Source of the DNA: Eledone cirrhosa
Lineage: Eukaryota
Direction: 5' to 3'
Assembly: GCA_964016885.1 (NCBI GenBank)
Contig: OZ024749.1
Location: 6,262,001 to 6,326,000 of the forward strand
DNA length: 64,000 bases
The position numbers were made by a program, and so were the translations under genes. Every line of letters begins with the position of its first letter. Positions within the stretch are counted from its first letter, which is position 1. Of the stretch, positions 50,940 through 64,000 are shown one piece after another. The notes beneath the pieces were generated by a model. That model had not been told where the DNA came from, did no database searches, and was given only the letters and a program-made list of their open reading frames with translations.

Positions 50940-51500
50940 ACAACCACCACCACCACCACCATTACCACCACCACAAATATTACCATCACCAGCACCACCA
51001 CAATGTTAACCTCCACCACCACAACAACAGTAACCACCACCACCACAACAGTAACCACCACCACCACCACCATTACCACCACCACAAATATTACCATCAC
51101 CACCACCACCACAATGTTAACCTCCACCACCAGAACGACAGTAACCACCACCACCACAACAGTAACCACCACCACCACCACCATTACCACCACCACCATT
51201 ACCACCACCACAAATATTACCATCACCAGCACCACCACAACGACAGTAACCACCACCACCACAACAGTAACCACCACCACCACCACAACAACAACATCAG
51301 CAACAACTACAACAACAAAAACTACAACTACCACAACAACAACTAATACCAAAACCACCACCACCACAACATCAGCAACAACTACAACAACAAAAACGAC
51401 AACTACCACAACAACAACAACTAATACCAAAACCACCACCACCACAACATCATCAGCAACAACTACAACAATGACAACAACAACAACAAATACTAAAACC
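50940..51500. repeat. (ACC/ACA)n triplet tract
   Basis: Seen directly. Confidence 0.9.
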
Positions 51501-52196
51501 ATATTTTCACATTTTGAAGAAATCTAATCTCACAAATGTTATTACACATGTCACATATTTGTAATAATTAAAAAAAAAAAATAAAAAAAAAACCCCCAAA
51601 AAACAAGCATTAAAAAAGCATTAAAAATAAAATAGAAAGTTAATACTAAAATAGAAAGTTAATAACTAAAAAAAAAACTAATAATTGAAAAGAAACATTC
51701 CAAAAAACAACATAAGTAACAACAACAACAAAACCAGACAAACAACACTGACAGGAAAACATTAAATAAAAATACAAACATAACATACAGGAAGAAAACA
51801 GGTCAGAAACAATGGAAATATTCTGAACTTATCATTATTAAATTTCAAATATATTTCATATATTTCATATATTTAATATATCATTTTCTACTGGTTAATC
51901 TTATATGTTCTATAGATCATATTATTTGTTGTTGCAAAATATTATTTGTTGTGTTTTGTTTATTTTTTCGTTTTTTTGTTTTGGTGATTGTTTTTTTTAA
52001 GCATATTTCCCTTGTGGTTTATTATTTTTTTTTCTTTGGAACTATGTATGCTAAGCCTTTCTGTATGTATCAAGTCACAGGGCAAGTTAATATAGGTAAG
52101 GATATATATATATATATGTGTGTTTGTATTTACATACATACATACATATGCACAGAAAGGCTGACACACATGCACATGCAAACATATGCACACGCG

Positions 52197-52254
<58 letters not shown>

Positions 52255-52256
<2 letters not shown>

Positions 52257-52505
52257 TCATTTTTGAATTTGTTTTGCGAGATTTCTTATTTGAAAAGGTG
52301 TGTTGAAAGAGATAGTGTTATACTTTGGGAGGGTCATGTTGTTACACTTTGGGAGGGTCATGCTGCCAATGAAAACACATGCACCTGTTGGTTTACACTT
52401 CAATTTATTATAAGTTTCCGGTTGGTTGGTTGGTTTGGTTTCATAACTGGAAGGTTGTTTATATATTGTCAAAGCTCTTTCATCACACATTCTGTGACCT
52501 CCTCA
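52255..52505 (-). mobile_element. PLE terminal-repeat fragment with hammerhead-like motif
   Basis: Homologous to 58770-58950; minus strand ttgagga-g-gtcaca gaatg tgtgat-GAAA-gagctttgaca. Confidence 0.6.
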
Positions 52506-53672
52506 ATGGGCGGAAGTGGTGAGAGCAGACCTCAGATCGCTGAAGCTCACGGTGGAGATGACAAAGGACCGTGACAAGTAGAGAGATGATGTGCTGAATA
52601 GGACCCATCCAACCCTTGCAAGCAGGGAAAAGCAGACGTAAAATGATGATGATTATAATGATGATGATGATATATTAAAAATTCAGTAAAACCAAGGATT
52701 AATATTATTGTTGTTTATTTATACATCTACGAACGTTTCCATATAGAGAGAATTATTCACCAACAGTGGAGAAAAACCGAAAATTATCCGTTAAGTAACG
52801 CCACCATAGGCGCTTTACACCAAAGCATATCTCTTCAGGTAATGCAGTAAAACAATAATTTGTTTAACATCGAAAGGTAAAAACACAAGAAGTACACAAG
52901 ACTCATATACATAAACAGAAAACAGAAGTTTATGGTTGTGGACATAGTTTCTGGCCATGTAAAATAAAAGGTTATCGGTGTCATATGTGTTACAACACAT
53001 TCAAGTTGTCAATTAGTTACATACACCAAGTGTGTTCATGAAATAACATTTCAGTGCTTATTTTCAATCTTTATATTGTAAAAATATCTGAAAGATGTAC
53101 GAATGTTTAGAGTGTAATTCGTACTTTAGACTATCCAACAAGTGAATTATTATTGAAATAAAATAATTTGTTAAGATATATAAATCCAAGTATGTATGTA
53201 TAGATATTTAGCTGCTATTTTCTATTTAGGATTTAAAGGGAACATTCTAACATATTCTCTTTACATTTCAAACATTTGAAATGTTATGGATAACGTTACT
53301 AAACAGCATCCATAATGAAAATAGTAAACTAGCACCTTATAGTCTCATATGATATATATATATATATCATCATCATTTTACGTCTGCTTTTCCCTGCTTA
53401 CAAGGGTGGGACGGGAACTGATTCTGGCTTGATTTCTACAGCTGGATGCCCTTCCTAACACCAACCTCATTTACAGTGAGTGCTGGGTGCTTTTTTTTTT
53501 TTTTCGTGGCGCCTACACGTCCACTTTACAGTGTGGGATGGGTGCTTTTTTGCCGTGGCACCTCCACAACCACTTTGCAGTGGAATGATAGCGGCCTCAG
53601 TCCCTATCATCTCATTTCTACAGCTGAGTAAACTAGAGCAATGTGAAATAAAGTGTCTTGCTCAAAGAAACA

Positions 53673-53915
53673 ATAATAAACAACATAAGATAATTAATTC
53701 ATTTACCAGTGGTTTCTTGAGGACAGATATTTATGTTGTAAGAAAGAATAATATCTTTCTGACGACTGAAGACAGATATAAATATATGTCCTCAAGAAAC
53801 CACTTGTAAATGAATTAATTATCTTATGTTGTTTATTACATAACTATAAAGCTGTGTGGCCCACATAGTGCACTCTCTTTTCCTTTACCTTTCCTACGGA
53901 AATACTTCATTTATA
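53673..53915 (+). mobile_element. Family A hammerhead module with 5' inverted duplication (core 53755-53813)
   Basis: CTGACGA at 53759-53765, GAAA at 53796-53799, GTA at 53806-53808; 53675-53733 is the inverted copy of ~53777-53838. Confidence 0.8.
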
Positions 53916-53926
53916 TATATATATAT

Positions 53927-54100
53927 GGTAGAGGTAGACCACGAAAAACATGGGCGGAGGTGGTGAGAACAGACCTCAGATCATTGAAGCTCACGGTGGA
54001 GATGACGAGGAACCGTGACGAGTGGAGAGATGCTGTGCTGAATAAGACCCGTCCCACCCTTGCAAGCAGGGAAAAGCGGACGTATGATGATGATGATGAT
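53927..54100 (+). mobile_element. RTE LINE subfamily-3 extreme 3' end; second copy at 52506-52670
   Basis: GRGRPRKTWAEVVRTDL...MTRNRDEWRDAV, then cccgtcccacccttgcaagcagggaaaagcggacgt and (gat)n. Confidence 0.8.
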
Positions 54101-54674
54101 ATATATATAGCAAAGTAGCATATAAAAAAAAAAGAAATATGTGAGATGAATGAACCAAACCATCACCGTTCCTCATCAGCCACACCTTGGGAAATGCAGT
54201 TTTGCACACGAGGGAGGTATTACATAATATTTAGCCCAAGTTGCACAAAAACATAGGACAAGTTGGTTCTGTCCATAAAGATCTGACCAGCAAGACATTC
54301 TAAGCACATGTATATATTTATTTAAGATAAATTCAAATGTTTTATTGTTGTGAAAAAGAATGAAATGTAAATATACTTTCCACAATAGCCTCTATACACA
54401 GAAAAGCATAAGACAGTTACTTTATGCATCTCAGAGATTATTGTCTCTTCATCAGAATATAACTACTTATATGATTCTGTCAATAGAAGGATCTTATAGA
54501 GTCCTGTCATCAGCCTTGCCATCACAACTACGAGCAACAACAAAACTTCACTCTACCCCTGACCCCCCCCCAGATGAGTATGGGTATGATGGAGTTAACC
54601 AACATGACCCAGATCGTGGTAACTCAACAAACGATGCAAACATAGAAAATAGATGTAAAACATGGACATTGTTG

Positions 54675-55227
54675 ATGGTGATGATGGTGGTGGTGGTAAT
54701 GTTGGTGGTGGTGGTGGTGATTGTGGTAATGGTGGTGGTGGTGGTGGTAATGTTTGTGGGGTGGTGGTGGTGGTGGTGGTAATGGTGGTGGTGGTGGTGG
54801 TAATGGTGGTGGTGATGATGATGATAATGATGGTGATGGTGGTGATGATGGTGGTGGTGGTAATGTTGGTGGTGATGGTGAAGGTGGTGGTGGTAATGTT
54901 GGTGGTGATGGTGAAGGTGGTGGTGGTGAAGGTGGTGGTGGTTATGGTGGTGGTGGTGGTAATGTTGGTGGTGATGGTGAAGGTGGTGGTGGTAATGGTG
55001 TGGGTGGTAATGGTGGTGGTGGTGGTGGTGGTGGTGGTGATGGTGATGGTGGTGGTATGGCGGTGGTGGTGGTGATGAAGATAGGGTTGATGGTGATGAT
55101 GATGGTGGTGGTGGTGGTGTGGTGATGGTGACGATGAAGATGGTGATGATGGCAATGGTGGTGGTGGTGGTACGGTGGTGATGATGATGATAATGATGGT
55201 AGTGGTGGCATGGTGGTGATGCTGCTA

Positions 55228-55263
<36 letters not shown>

Positions 55264-55563
55264 GTGGTGGCTCTGGTGATAGTGGTGGTGATGGTGGTGG
55301 TGTGTTGGTAGTGATGATGATGATGATAGTTGTGGTATGGTGATAATGGTGGTGAGGGTATGATAGTATGATGATGATGATGGCAGTGGTTGTGATGATG
55401 ATGGCAGTGGTTGTGGTAATTGTAGTGGTGATGTGGTGATGAGGATGGTGATGACGATGATGAAGGTAAAGATGATGATGATGGTGGTTGTGGTGATAAT
55501 GGTGGTGGTGGTGTCGTGAAGATGGTGGTGGTGGTGTGATGAAGATGATGATGATGATGATGA
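54675..55563. repeat. (GGT)n/(GAT)n triplet tract
   Basis: Seen directly. Confidence 0.9.
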
Positions 55564-56053
55564 TGCAACAATCTGCTTATAATTTACTAGTATTCATCCC
55601 AAGCTCTGAAGAAGTTTCTGTCCACCCCAACAACAATATTATTATTTACATTAAATCTAATTTGCCTTTCATCCTTACGGGGTCAATAAAATAAAGTACC
55701 AGTAATACACTGGGTATTTGCTTGCCTTGTGCCAAAAGTAGAAACAATTAATTATTTTTTTTGTATATGAAGTGTTGTAAAATTCATTATTTACAGTAAT
55801 TTGGTACAAACAAAAAGAAGAAAAATAAAGAATAAAATAAAGCTATTAATTCAATATCCACTCCACACTCTCAAGCGTGAAACTAATATTAACATTTTGT
55901 ACTGCCTCTTCACTTCCTCGTTGTTGCTTTTTTTGTTTTCTGTTTCAGCTATAATATATAGATATAATATAGAAATGGCTTCTACAGGACTAGAACTGTT
56001 TCATTTGGGAGAAATCATCAGGAAGTCCTGATGATTTCTCCCGAATATATGTG

Positions 56054-56091
<38 letters not shown>

Positions 56092-56092
56092 T

Positions 56093-56139
<47 letters not shown>

Positions 56140-56164
56140 TCTATATCTATACATATATATATAT

Positions 56165-56210
<46 letters not shown>

Positions 56211-56255
56211 TCTATATCTATACATATATATATATATATACATATATCTATATCT

Positions 56256-56310
<55 letters not shown>

Positions 56311-56319
56311 TCTATATCT

Positions 56320-56364
<45 letters not shown>

Positions 56365-56367
56365 TCT

Positions 56368-56416
<49 letters not shown>

Positions 56417-56419
56417 TCT

Positions 56420-56464
<45 letters not shown>

Positions 56465-56467
56465 TCT

Positions 56468-56516
<49 letters not shown>

Positions 56517-56527
56517 TCTATACATAT

Positions 56528-56586
<59 letters not shown>

Positions 56587-56750
56587 TCTATATCTATATA
56601 TATATATATATATATACATATATACACACACACATACATCATCATCATTGTTTAACATCTATCTTCCATGCTAGCATGGGTTAGACGGGAATTGTTCCTA
56701 CTTGAGGCAAGATTGACTGGGTGACCATGTCTCCTACATGACCAGTTATA

Positions 56751-56808
<58 letters not shown>

Positions 56809-56829
56809 TATATATATATACACATATAC

Positions 56830-57070
56830 AAAAAAAAAAACACACAGTCCACGCTGTAATGGGGCCATGTAGGTAACACGGTAAAAACCTCCCAGACCCA
56901 CACTGTAAACGTGGTTGGTGTTAGGACGGGCATCCAGCCGTAGAAAACCCGCCAGACAGTCCCATATGAGCAAGACAACCAATCTTGCCTCAAGTGGGAA
57001 AACTCCCGTCCAAACCCATGCAAGCGTGGAAGATGGACGTTAAATGATGATGATGATGATGATGATGATG
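56830..57070 (+). mobile_element. RTE 3'UTR copy
   Basis: Matches 39525-39750. Confidence 0.8.
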
Positions 57071-57083
57071 ATACAATATATAT

Positions 57084-57135
<52 letters not shown>

Positions 57136-57240
57136 TTATTTTCATTTTCATTTCCACCGCTTCCTCCCACACCCTTTTTGCTATATGTATCTCCACCACT
57201 CCCCTACACACTCTTTGAACTCTCTTCTCACACACTTTTC

Positions 57241-57272
57241 ACCTGAAGAAGGGCTTATGCCCGAAACGTCGT
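57241..57272 (+). ncRNA. Minimal PLE-type hammerhead, family G
   Basis: ac-CTGAAGA-a-gggc ttat gccc-GAAA-cg-TC-gt; the downstream tail (tcaagagcgtgaaattaata...gtactgcctctctg) recurs at ~29951, ~55868 and ~58700. Confidence 0.75.
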
Positions 57273-57364
57273 TCCCCAGCACCACCACCCCACTCTCAAG
57301 AGCGTGAAATTAATAAAGATTCGTTGTACTGCCTCTCTGTTTTGTTCCTGTTAAAATGTTCCAT

Positions 57365-57402
<38 letters not shown>

Positions 57403-57469
57403 TAAGAAATAGCTTATTGCTCTACATGGCTGAATACAATAAATGTAATCTGAGTTTTTTTAATATTAA

Positions 57470-57655
57470 TAATTGTTTCTACTTTAGGCACAAGGCCAGC
57501 AATTACCCAGTGCATTACTGGTACTTTATTTTATCGACCCCGTAAGGATGAAAGGCAAAGTCAACCTCGGCGGGATTTGAACTCAGATTGTAAAGGGACG
57601 TAACTATGCTGGAAAGCATGGCGTCCGACCCTCTACCGATACTGCCAATCCACAT
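57470..57655 (-). mobile_element. S2 SINE
   Basis: Reverse complement of 40015-40200. Confidence 0.85.
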
Positions 57656-58204
57656 TAATAATAATATTTAATTTATTTTCAATTATTCAAACAGCCTCTT
57701 TAAAGCCATGTCAGTAGAATGACCTCACCATTCTGGCTCTGGTGTTGGCATATAGCTATCTATCTTTCTATCAACGTATCCTTATATATATGTATCTATA
57801 TATCTAGCCACCAATATACTTATATATTTATGGTATCAGCATTAGGAAGGCTGCCATATCCTTGACCCAACTAAAGAATCCTTTTAACTCTTTCTTTGGC
57901 AAGGTTTCTATGGATGGATGCCATTTGTAACCCCAACCACTTAACAGAGTTTATAACAACAATGTGTGTGTCCTTGATAGTATTGCCTCTCAGACAAAGG
58001 GAGGTAAAAATGTTTGTTGTGTAAAGATTTACTGTTTGAATTGTAAGGTTGACAGCCTCATATTGGCTAACAGTTCCATCTTGGGTTGAGAATATTGAGA
58101 CTGGTGGTGGAGTGAGAAATAGAAGTTATATTGATGAATGGGCATTATCAAATGGATCTCTCTCTTTCTCTCTCCACACACACACACACACACACATATA
58201 TATA

Positions 58205-58648
58205 CATCATCATCATCGTCACTGTTTTACGTCCGTTCTTCCACGCTAGCATGGGTTAGACGGGTTGTCCTGTTGTGGGCAGTGTCCGGTTGGCTGACCT
58301 TGTCTTGCTCATACGGGAACTGATTCTGGCTTGATTTCTACAGCTGGATGCCCTTCCTAACCCCAACCACATTTACAGTGAGCGCTGGGTGCTTTTATTT
58401 CCGTGGTGCCTACACGTCCACTTTACAGTGTGGGCTGGGTTCTTTTTTGCTGTGGCACCTCCACGACCACTTTGCAGTGGAATGGGGGGAACCCCAGTCC
58501 TATCATCTCATTTCTACAGCTGAGCAAACTGGAGCAATGTGAAATAAAGTGTCTTGCTCAAGGAAACAACACATCACCCAGTCCGAGAATTGAACTCACA
58601 ACCTTTTGATTGCAAGCCCAATGCTCTAGCCACTAAGCCATGCACCTT
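58205..58648 (-). mobile_element. S1 tRNA-SINE variant with the alternative RTE tail
   Basis: S1 head at 58560-58648; tail aacccatgctagcgtggaagaacggacg on the minus strand, as in 8450-8480. Confidence 0.8.
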
Positions 58649-59162
58649 CATACATATATATTAAGGACTTATGTCCAAAATATTGAGACCTCCTCCACTT
58701 CAAAAAAGCGTGAACCTAATATAACTGTGTATAATTGCTTCCTGTGTTTTGTTTGTTCATTTTCAACTGTGTTGAAACAGATATTGTTATACTTTGGAAG
58801 GGTCATGTTGCCAATAAACACACACATGCCTGTTGGTTTTCACTTCAATGTATTACAAGTTTCCAGTTGGATAGTTAGTTTGATAACCAGAAATTTGTTT
58901 ATATATTGTCAAAGTTCTTTTGTCACATATTCTGTGACCTCCTCAGTGATCAGGTATTTATTTTGTGTGGCTCTTTGTTCTGTGCTACACCATCTTGCTT
59001 TTGTGTGTTGTATGCTTAGTTTGCACATGCTGTACATCCGGGTGCGTGTGAGTATTTTTATTTATTTATATGTTTATTTACGTGTCACTAGTTGGTTGTT
59101 TGTTCTATCTGTGTGTTTTGTTGGTTTGGTTTTGTGTGTGTCTGTATGTCTTCATTTTGTCC

Positions 59163-59572
59163 TTAATTACTAGTTGTGAAGTTGCTATTCCACTCATGTT
59201 TTCTGTTTAATTTGGGTTGGAGTTTGTTTATGTTTGTTGCTTCTGTGATTTGTCTGAGCATTGCATCTTTTCTGTGTGTGTATATAATTGCTATTTCTAT
59301 GTTCTCTAATGAGCCCCTATCTTCTATTTTGGCATGTTGGTGGGGTACTGATGAGTTTTTCCCATCTTGGAGTGCTCGCCAGTGTTCACTTATCATTTCT
59401 CCTATGCTAAGAGCTGTTTCACCTATGTATGTTATATTCTTATTCCTACACTGTCCCTTAGTACATCTTATGCTATATACTACGTTCCTAGTTTTGCAGT
59501 TAATTTGTTGGCTTAGCTTGCAGACTATGCATTTCCTATCATCACAAGGGATCTTTGAAATGGGTATGTTTT
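59163..59572 (-). pseudogene. Penelope-like GIY-YIG endonuclease fragment with upstream Cys-rich linker
   Basis: Extending the listed ORF upstream in frame: PCDDRKCIVC...NCKTRNVVYSIRC...ITYIGETALSIGEMISEH...LRQITEA..I..LQPKLN; terminal repeat with hammerhead-like motif follows at ~58770-58950. Confidence 0.88.
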
Positions 59573-59764
59573 GCTAATTAGAGTTTTTATGGGAATAATA
59601 ATAATAATAATGCTTTCTTTATTAACCACAAGGGTTGACACAAAGTATAACATTAAGGACAACACAGGACGGTACAAATGGACATTTCTGCATGTAAAAA
59701 AAACAAAAAAACAGAGTGTGACAATAGATGATTGTCTCTACATTGTGTATATTGTAGCTTGCAG

Positions 59765-60048
59765 CAGTGGCAAAGGGTAACCTGGAATGCAGGGCATGCA
59801 GTCCAATCGCCATGGCGGGAAGTGGGGCTGTGCAGCGTTACCCCCCCCCCAAAAAAAAATTCCTTCTAAATGACCCTCCCGGTCAAAGCCGCATGTAGTG
59901 TTATCTTGTGTGTGTGTGTGGACGTTTTATGTGTCTACGATTTAGTAAGCAGCCAAAATTCTGCTTGCTTCATAAAACGTAATTGATCAACTCAAGATTA
60001 TATAACGCATGCACTGCATGTGTTGCATGCATGGACCCCTCGCCCCTG
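59765..60048. mobile_element. hAT-like MITE, 284 bp
   Basis: Perfect 8-bp TSD gcttgcag (59757-59764 and 60049-60056); imperfect TIRs cagtggcaaagggt..catgcagt / actgcatg..acccctcgcccctg. Confidence 0.85.
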
Positions 60049-60084
60049 GCTTGCAGGTATATCATCATAAGATGGTATCTGTTA

Positions 60085-62155
60085 AAGACACAGACACACA
60101 TACAATACACACATACATACACACACACATACACACACACACACACACACACATACACACACATACACACACACATACACAGACACACACATACCCATAC
60201 ACACATACCCACACACACACACATATACATACACACACATACACACACATACACATACACACACACATACACACACACACACACATACACACACACCATA
60301 TATTAACAAAATCTTACACAGAAGTGCAAAAAGCCACATATACAAAATATAGCACATATGTACAAACACACACACATACATATACACATACACACACGTA
60401 CAAAATATAGCATATATGTACAAACACACACACATCTGTACACATACACACACACACAAAATATAGCATATATGTACAAACACACACACATATATGTACA
60501 CATACACATATATGTACACATACACACATACAAAATAAAGCACGTATGTACAAACACACACACATACACACACACATACAAAATATAGCACATATGAACA
60601 AACACACACACATACATATACACATACAACATATATCACATATGTAGAAACACACACACAAACATATACATACACACTCTCACATATGTACACTCTCACA
60701 CACATACACACTCTCACACATGTACACTCTCTCTCACACATGTACACACTCTCACACATGTACACTCTCTCACACACGTACACACTCTCACACATGTACA
60801 CTCTCTCTCTCACACATACACACTCTCACACATACACACTCTGACATATGTACACTCTCTCTCACACATACACTCTCACACATGTACACACTCACACATG
60901 TACACTCTCTCTCACACATACACTCTCACACATACACATTCTCACACATACACTCTCACACATACACATTCTCACACATGTACACTCTCTCACACATACA
61001 CACTCTCACACATGTACTCTCACACACATACACACTCTCTCACACATACACACTCTCACACACATACCCACTCTCACACATACACACAAAGACACCCACA
61101 CATACACAAACACATACACACTCTCGCAGAATCACAAACACTCTCCAATATACTCTTTCACACAAAGACACACACAGACACACATACACACACACACAAA
61201 CAAACACACATACAAAAACACACATATATATACTCTCAGAGAAACACACACTCTCCAATACACTCTCACAGAAACACACACACTCTCCTATACACTCACA
61301 CACACACTCTCCAATACACTCTCACAAACACACACACACGTACCAATACACTCTCACATAAACACACACACTCTCCAATACACACAAACACACATACATA
61401 GACAGACACGCACATATACACTCTCACAGAAACACACACACACAGACACACATATACACTCTCACAGAAACACACACACTCTCCAAAACACACATACTCT
61501 CCAATACACAAACACACATACATAGACACACACATATACACTCTCAGAGAAACACACACACTCTCCAATACACACACACAAACACACATACATAGACACA
61601 CACATATACACTCTCACAGAAACACACACACTCTCCAAAACACACACACTCTCCAATACACTCACACACAAACAGACACTCACATACACTCTCACAGAAA
61701 CTCACACGCTCTCCAAAACACACACACACTCCAATACACTCACACACAAACACACACACCCACACACACAGACACACACATCTACACTCTCACAGAAACA
61801 CACATGTTCTCCAAAACACACATGTTCTCCAATGCACTCACACACAAACACACACACAAACACACACATATACACTTACAGAAAAACACACGCTCTTCAA
61901 AACACACACACTCTCCAATACACACACACACACACACACAGACACACACATATACACTCTCACAGAAACACACACACTCTTCAAAACACACACACTCTCC
62001 AATACACAAACACAGACACACACATCTACACTCTCACAGTAACACACATATACACTCTCACAGAAACACACACGCTCTCCAAAACACATACGCTCTCCAA
62101 TACACACACACACACACACACACAGACACACACATATACACTCTCACAGAAACAC
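60085..62155. repeat. CA-rich complex minisatellite
   Basis: Seen directly. Confidence 0.9.
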
Positions 62156-62419
62156 ATAGATCTTCGTCTCTTGAAAAGAAGATTACTGGAAAAGCTGAAT
62201 TAATTAGAATTTAACAGTTTTAACTTAATTATCACATTAGCAGAGAAATGTTCAAGGCAAGAATTGGGAAATTTTCTACAAAGATAATACTTAATTAACC
62301 TGTGAAAATATTCCAATCATGCCGTTGCTATTTTTTACCATTTTCATAATTAGAATAAAACCCAAACGATTCCCCAACAACAAAACACATATATTATTAA
62401 ATGGAGATATTTCAAGATT

Positions 62420-63540
62420 TGTTGTTGTTCCTCTTGTTGCGGATGTTGTTTGTGTTGTTGTAGTTGTTATTTGTGTTGTTGTCGCTGTTGTTTGTGGTGT
62501 TGGTGTAGTTGTTGCCTGTGTTGTTGTTGCTGTTGTTTGTGTTGTTGTTGCTGTTGTTTGTGATGTTGGTGTAGTTGTTGTTTGTGATGCTGTTGTCGCT
62601 GTTGTTTGTGTTATTGTAGTTGTTATTTGTGTTGTTGTTGCTGTTGTTTGTGGTGTTGGTGTAGTTGTTGCTGTGTTGTTGTCGCTGTTGTTTGTGTTGT
62701 TGTCGCTGTTGTTTGTGGTGTTGGTGTAGTTGTTGCTGTGTTGTTGTTGCTGTTGTTTGTGTTGTTGTTGCTGTTGTTTGTGATGCTGCTGTTATTTGTT
62801 GTTTTTGCTGTTGTTTGTGCTGATGTTGCTTGTGTTGTTGTTGCTGTTGCTGTTGTTTGTGGTGTTGTTGCTGTTGTTTGTGATGCTGTTGTTATTTGTT
62901 GTTGTTGCTGTTGTTTGTGCTGATGTTGCTTGTGTTGTTGTTGCTGTTGTTTGTGTTGTTGTTGCTGTTGTTTGTGTTGTTGTTGCTGTTGTTTGTGTTG
63001 TTGTTGCTGTTGTTGGTGATGATGTTGTAGTTGTTTGTGTTGCTGTTGTTATTTGTTGTTGTTGTTTGTGATGTTGTAGTTGTTTGTGTTGTTGTTGCTG
63101 TTGTTTGTGTTGTTGTAGCTGTTGTTTGTGGTGCTGTTGTTATTTGTTGTTGTTGCTGTTGTTTGTGATGTTGTAGCTGTTGTTTGTGATGTTGTTGTAG
63201 TTGTTGTTTGCGTTGCTGTTGTTATTTGTTGTTGTTGCTGTTGTTTGTGTTGTTGTTGCTGTTGTTTGTGATGCTGTAGTTGTTTGTGTTGTTGTTGCTG
63301 TTGTTTGTGAGGTTGTAGTTGTTATGGTGATGATGTTGATGATATTGTTTGTGATGTTGTTGTTGTTCATGATGTTTGTGATGTTGTTGTTCATGTTGTT
63401 CATGATGATGTTTGTGATGTTGATGATGTTTGTGATAATGTCATTGTTGTTGATGTTTGTGATGTTGTTGTTGATAATGTCGCTGTTGATGTTTGTGATG
63501 ATGATGTTTGTGAGGTTGATGCTGTTGTTATTGTTGTTGT
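62420..63540. repeat. (GTT)n-based tract
   Basis: Seen directly. Confidence 0.9.
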
Positions 63541-63545
63541 TATTA

Positions 63546-63710
63546 CTAGTAGAATGGCCCGGCGTTGCTCGGGATTTGGTCTAGGGTTCGTATATATTTG
63601 ATATATATTTATCCTTGTCGAGCCTCGTGAAATAAATAATTTTGTTTATATTTTGTTATTGTGTATGTAAAAATATCTGTACACGAATATATAATTATAT
63701 ACTGTATATG
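63546..63710 (-). mobile_element. Helitron 3' end; 5' boundary uncertain
   Basis: Minus strand: cccgagcaacgccggg-ccattcta-CTAG|T, similar to the terminus at 34025. Confidence 0.65.
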
Positions 63711-63730
63711 TATATATATATATATATATA

Positions 63731-63799
<69 letters not shown>

Positions 63800-63805
<6 letters not shown>

Positions 63806-63917
63806 TAACAGATTAAAGTTTAAGCAAGGAATCGCTGCATTCACCCTTAACTGGATCTTCTGAAACTAAAAAAATCAATATGTGAACGCAGAAGTAAATA
63901 TTTCGAAAAACGTTACA
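63800..63917 (-). mobile_element. Second copy of the Naiad-type PLE 3' terminus
   Basis: Approximate reverse complement of 46800-46915, abutting (TA)n. Confidence 0.8.
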
Positions 63918-64000
63918 CCCCCTATATATATATATATATAAATATATACACATACACACAGCTACGTCACAATGTCGTAATGCAGACAGCCAGACATACA

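Noticed and set aside
53085-53135. Hammerhead-like ctgaaaga plus gtacgaat/attcgtac hairpin
   Set aside because: No GAAA after the stem and no stem I or III.
54140-54185. Minus-strand CTGATGAGG
   Set aside because: Not followed by a closed stem II and GAAA.

Overview
AT-rich, repeat-saturated animal genomic DNA with no recognisable host gene (intergenic or a large intron). The repeat families suggest an octopus or other cephalopod, which is an inference. Almost all ORFs in the track are artefacts of (TA)n, (CA)n, (GTAT)n and triplet microsatellites. The real coding remnants are retroelements: three RTE-clade LINE subfamilies, an R4/Dong-like LINE, a CR1/L2-group 3' end, and Penelope-like element (PLE) pieces (two GIY-YIG endonuclease fragments and a Naiad-type ORF N-terminus). 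Non-autonomous elements include two tRNA-derived SINE families, Helitrons, hAT MITEs and TTAA-flanked piggyBac-like MITEs; several minisatellites derive from these elements. The most striking signal is a dense set of self-cleaving ribozyme motifs: 11 uninterrupted type I hammerhead cores plus one split by a Helitron, in about 7 sequence families, and several decayed ones. They sit in short modules between (TA)n tracts, often as fold-back inverted repeats and mostly with palindromic stem III. There is also an HDV-like ribozyme candidate heading a ~590-bp RTE derivative, and two structured motifs in similar settings that match no ribozyme class I recognise. All calls were made by eye; coordinates of degenerate elements are approximate.
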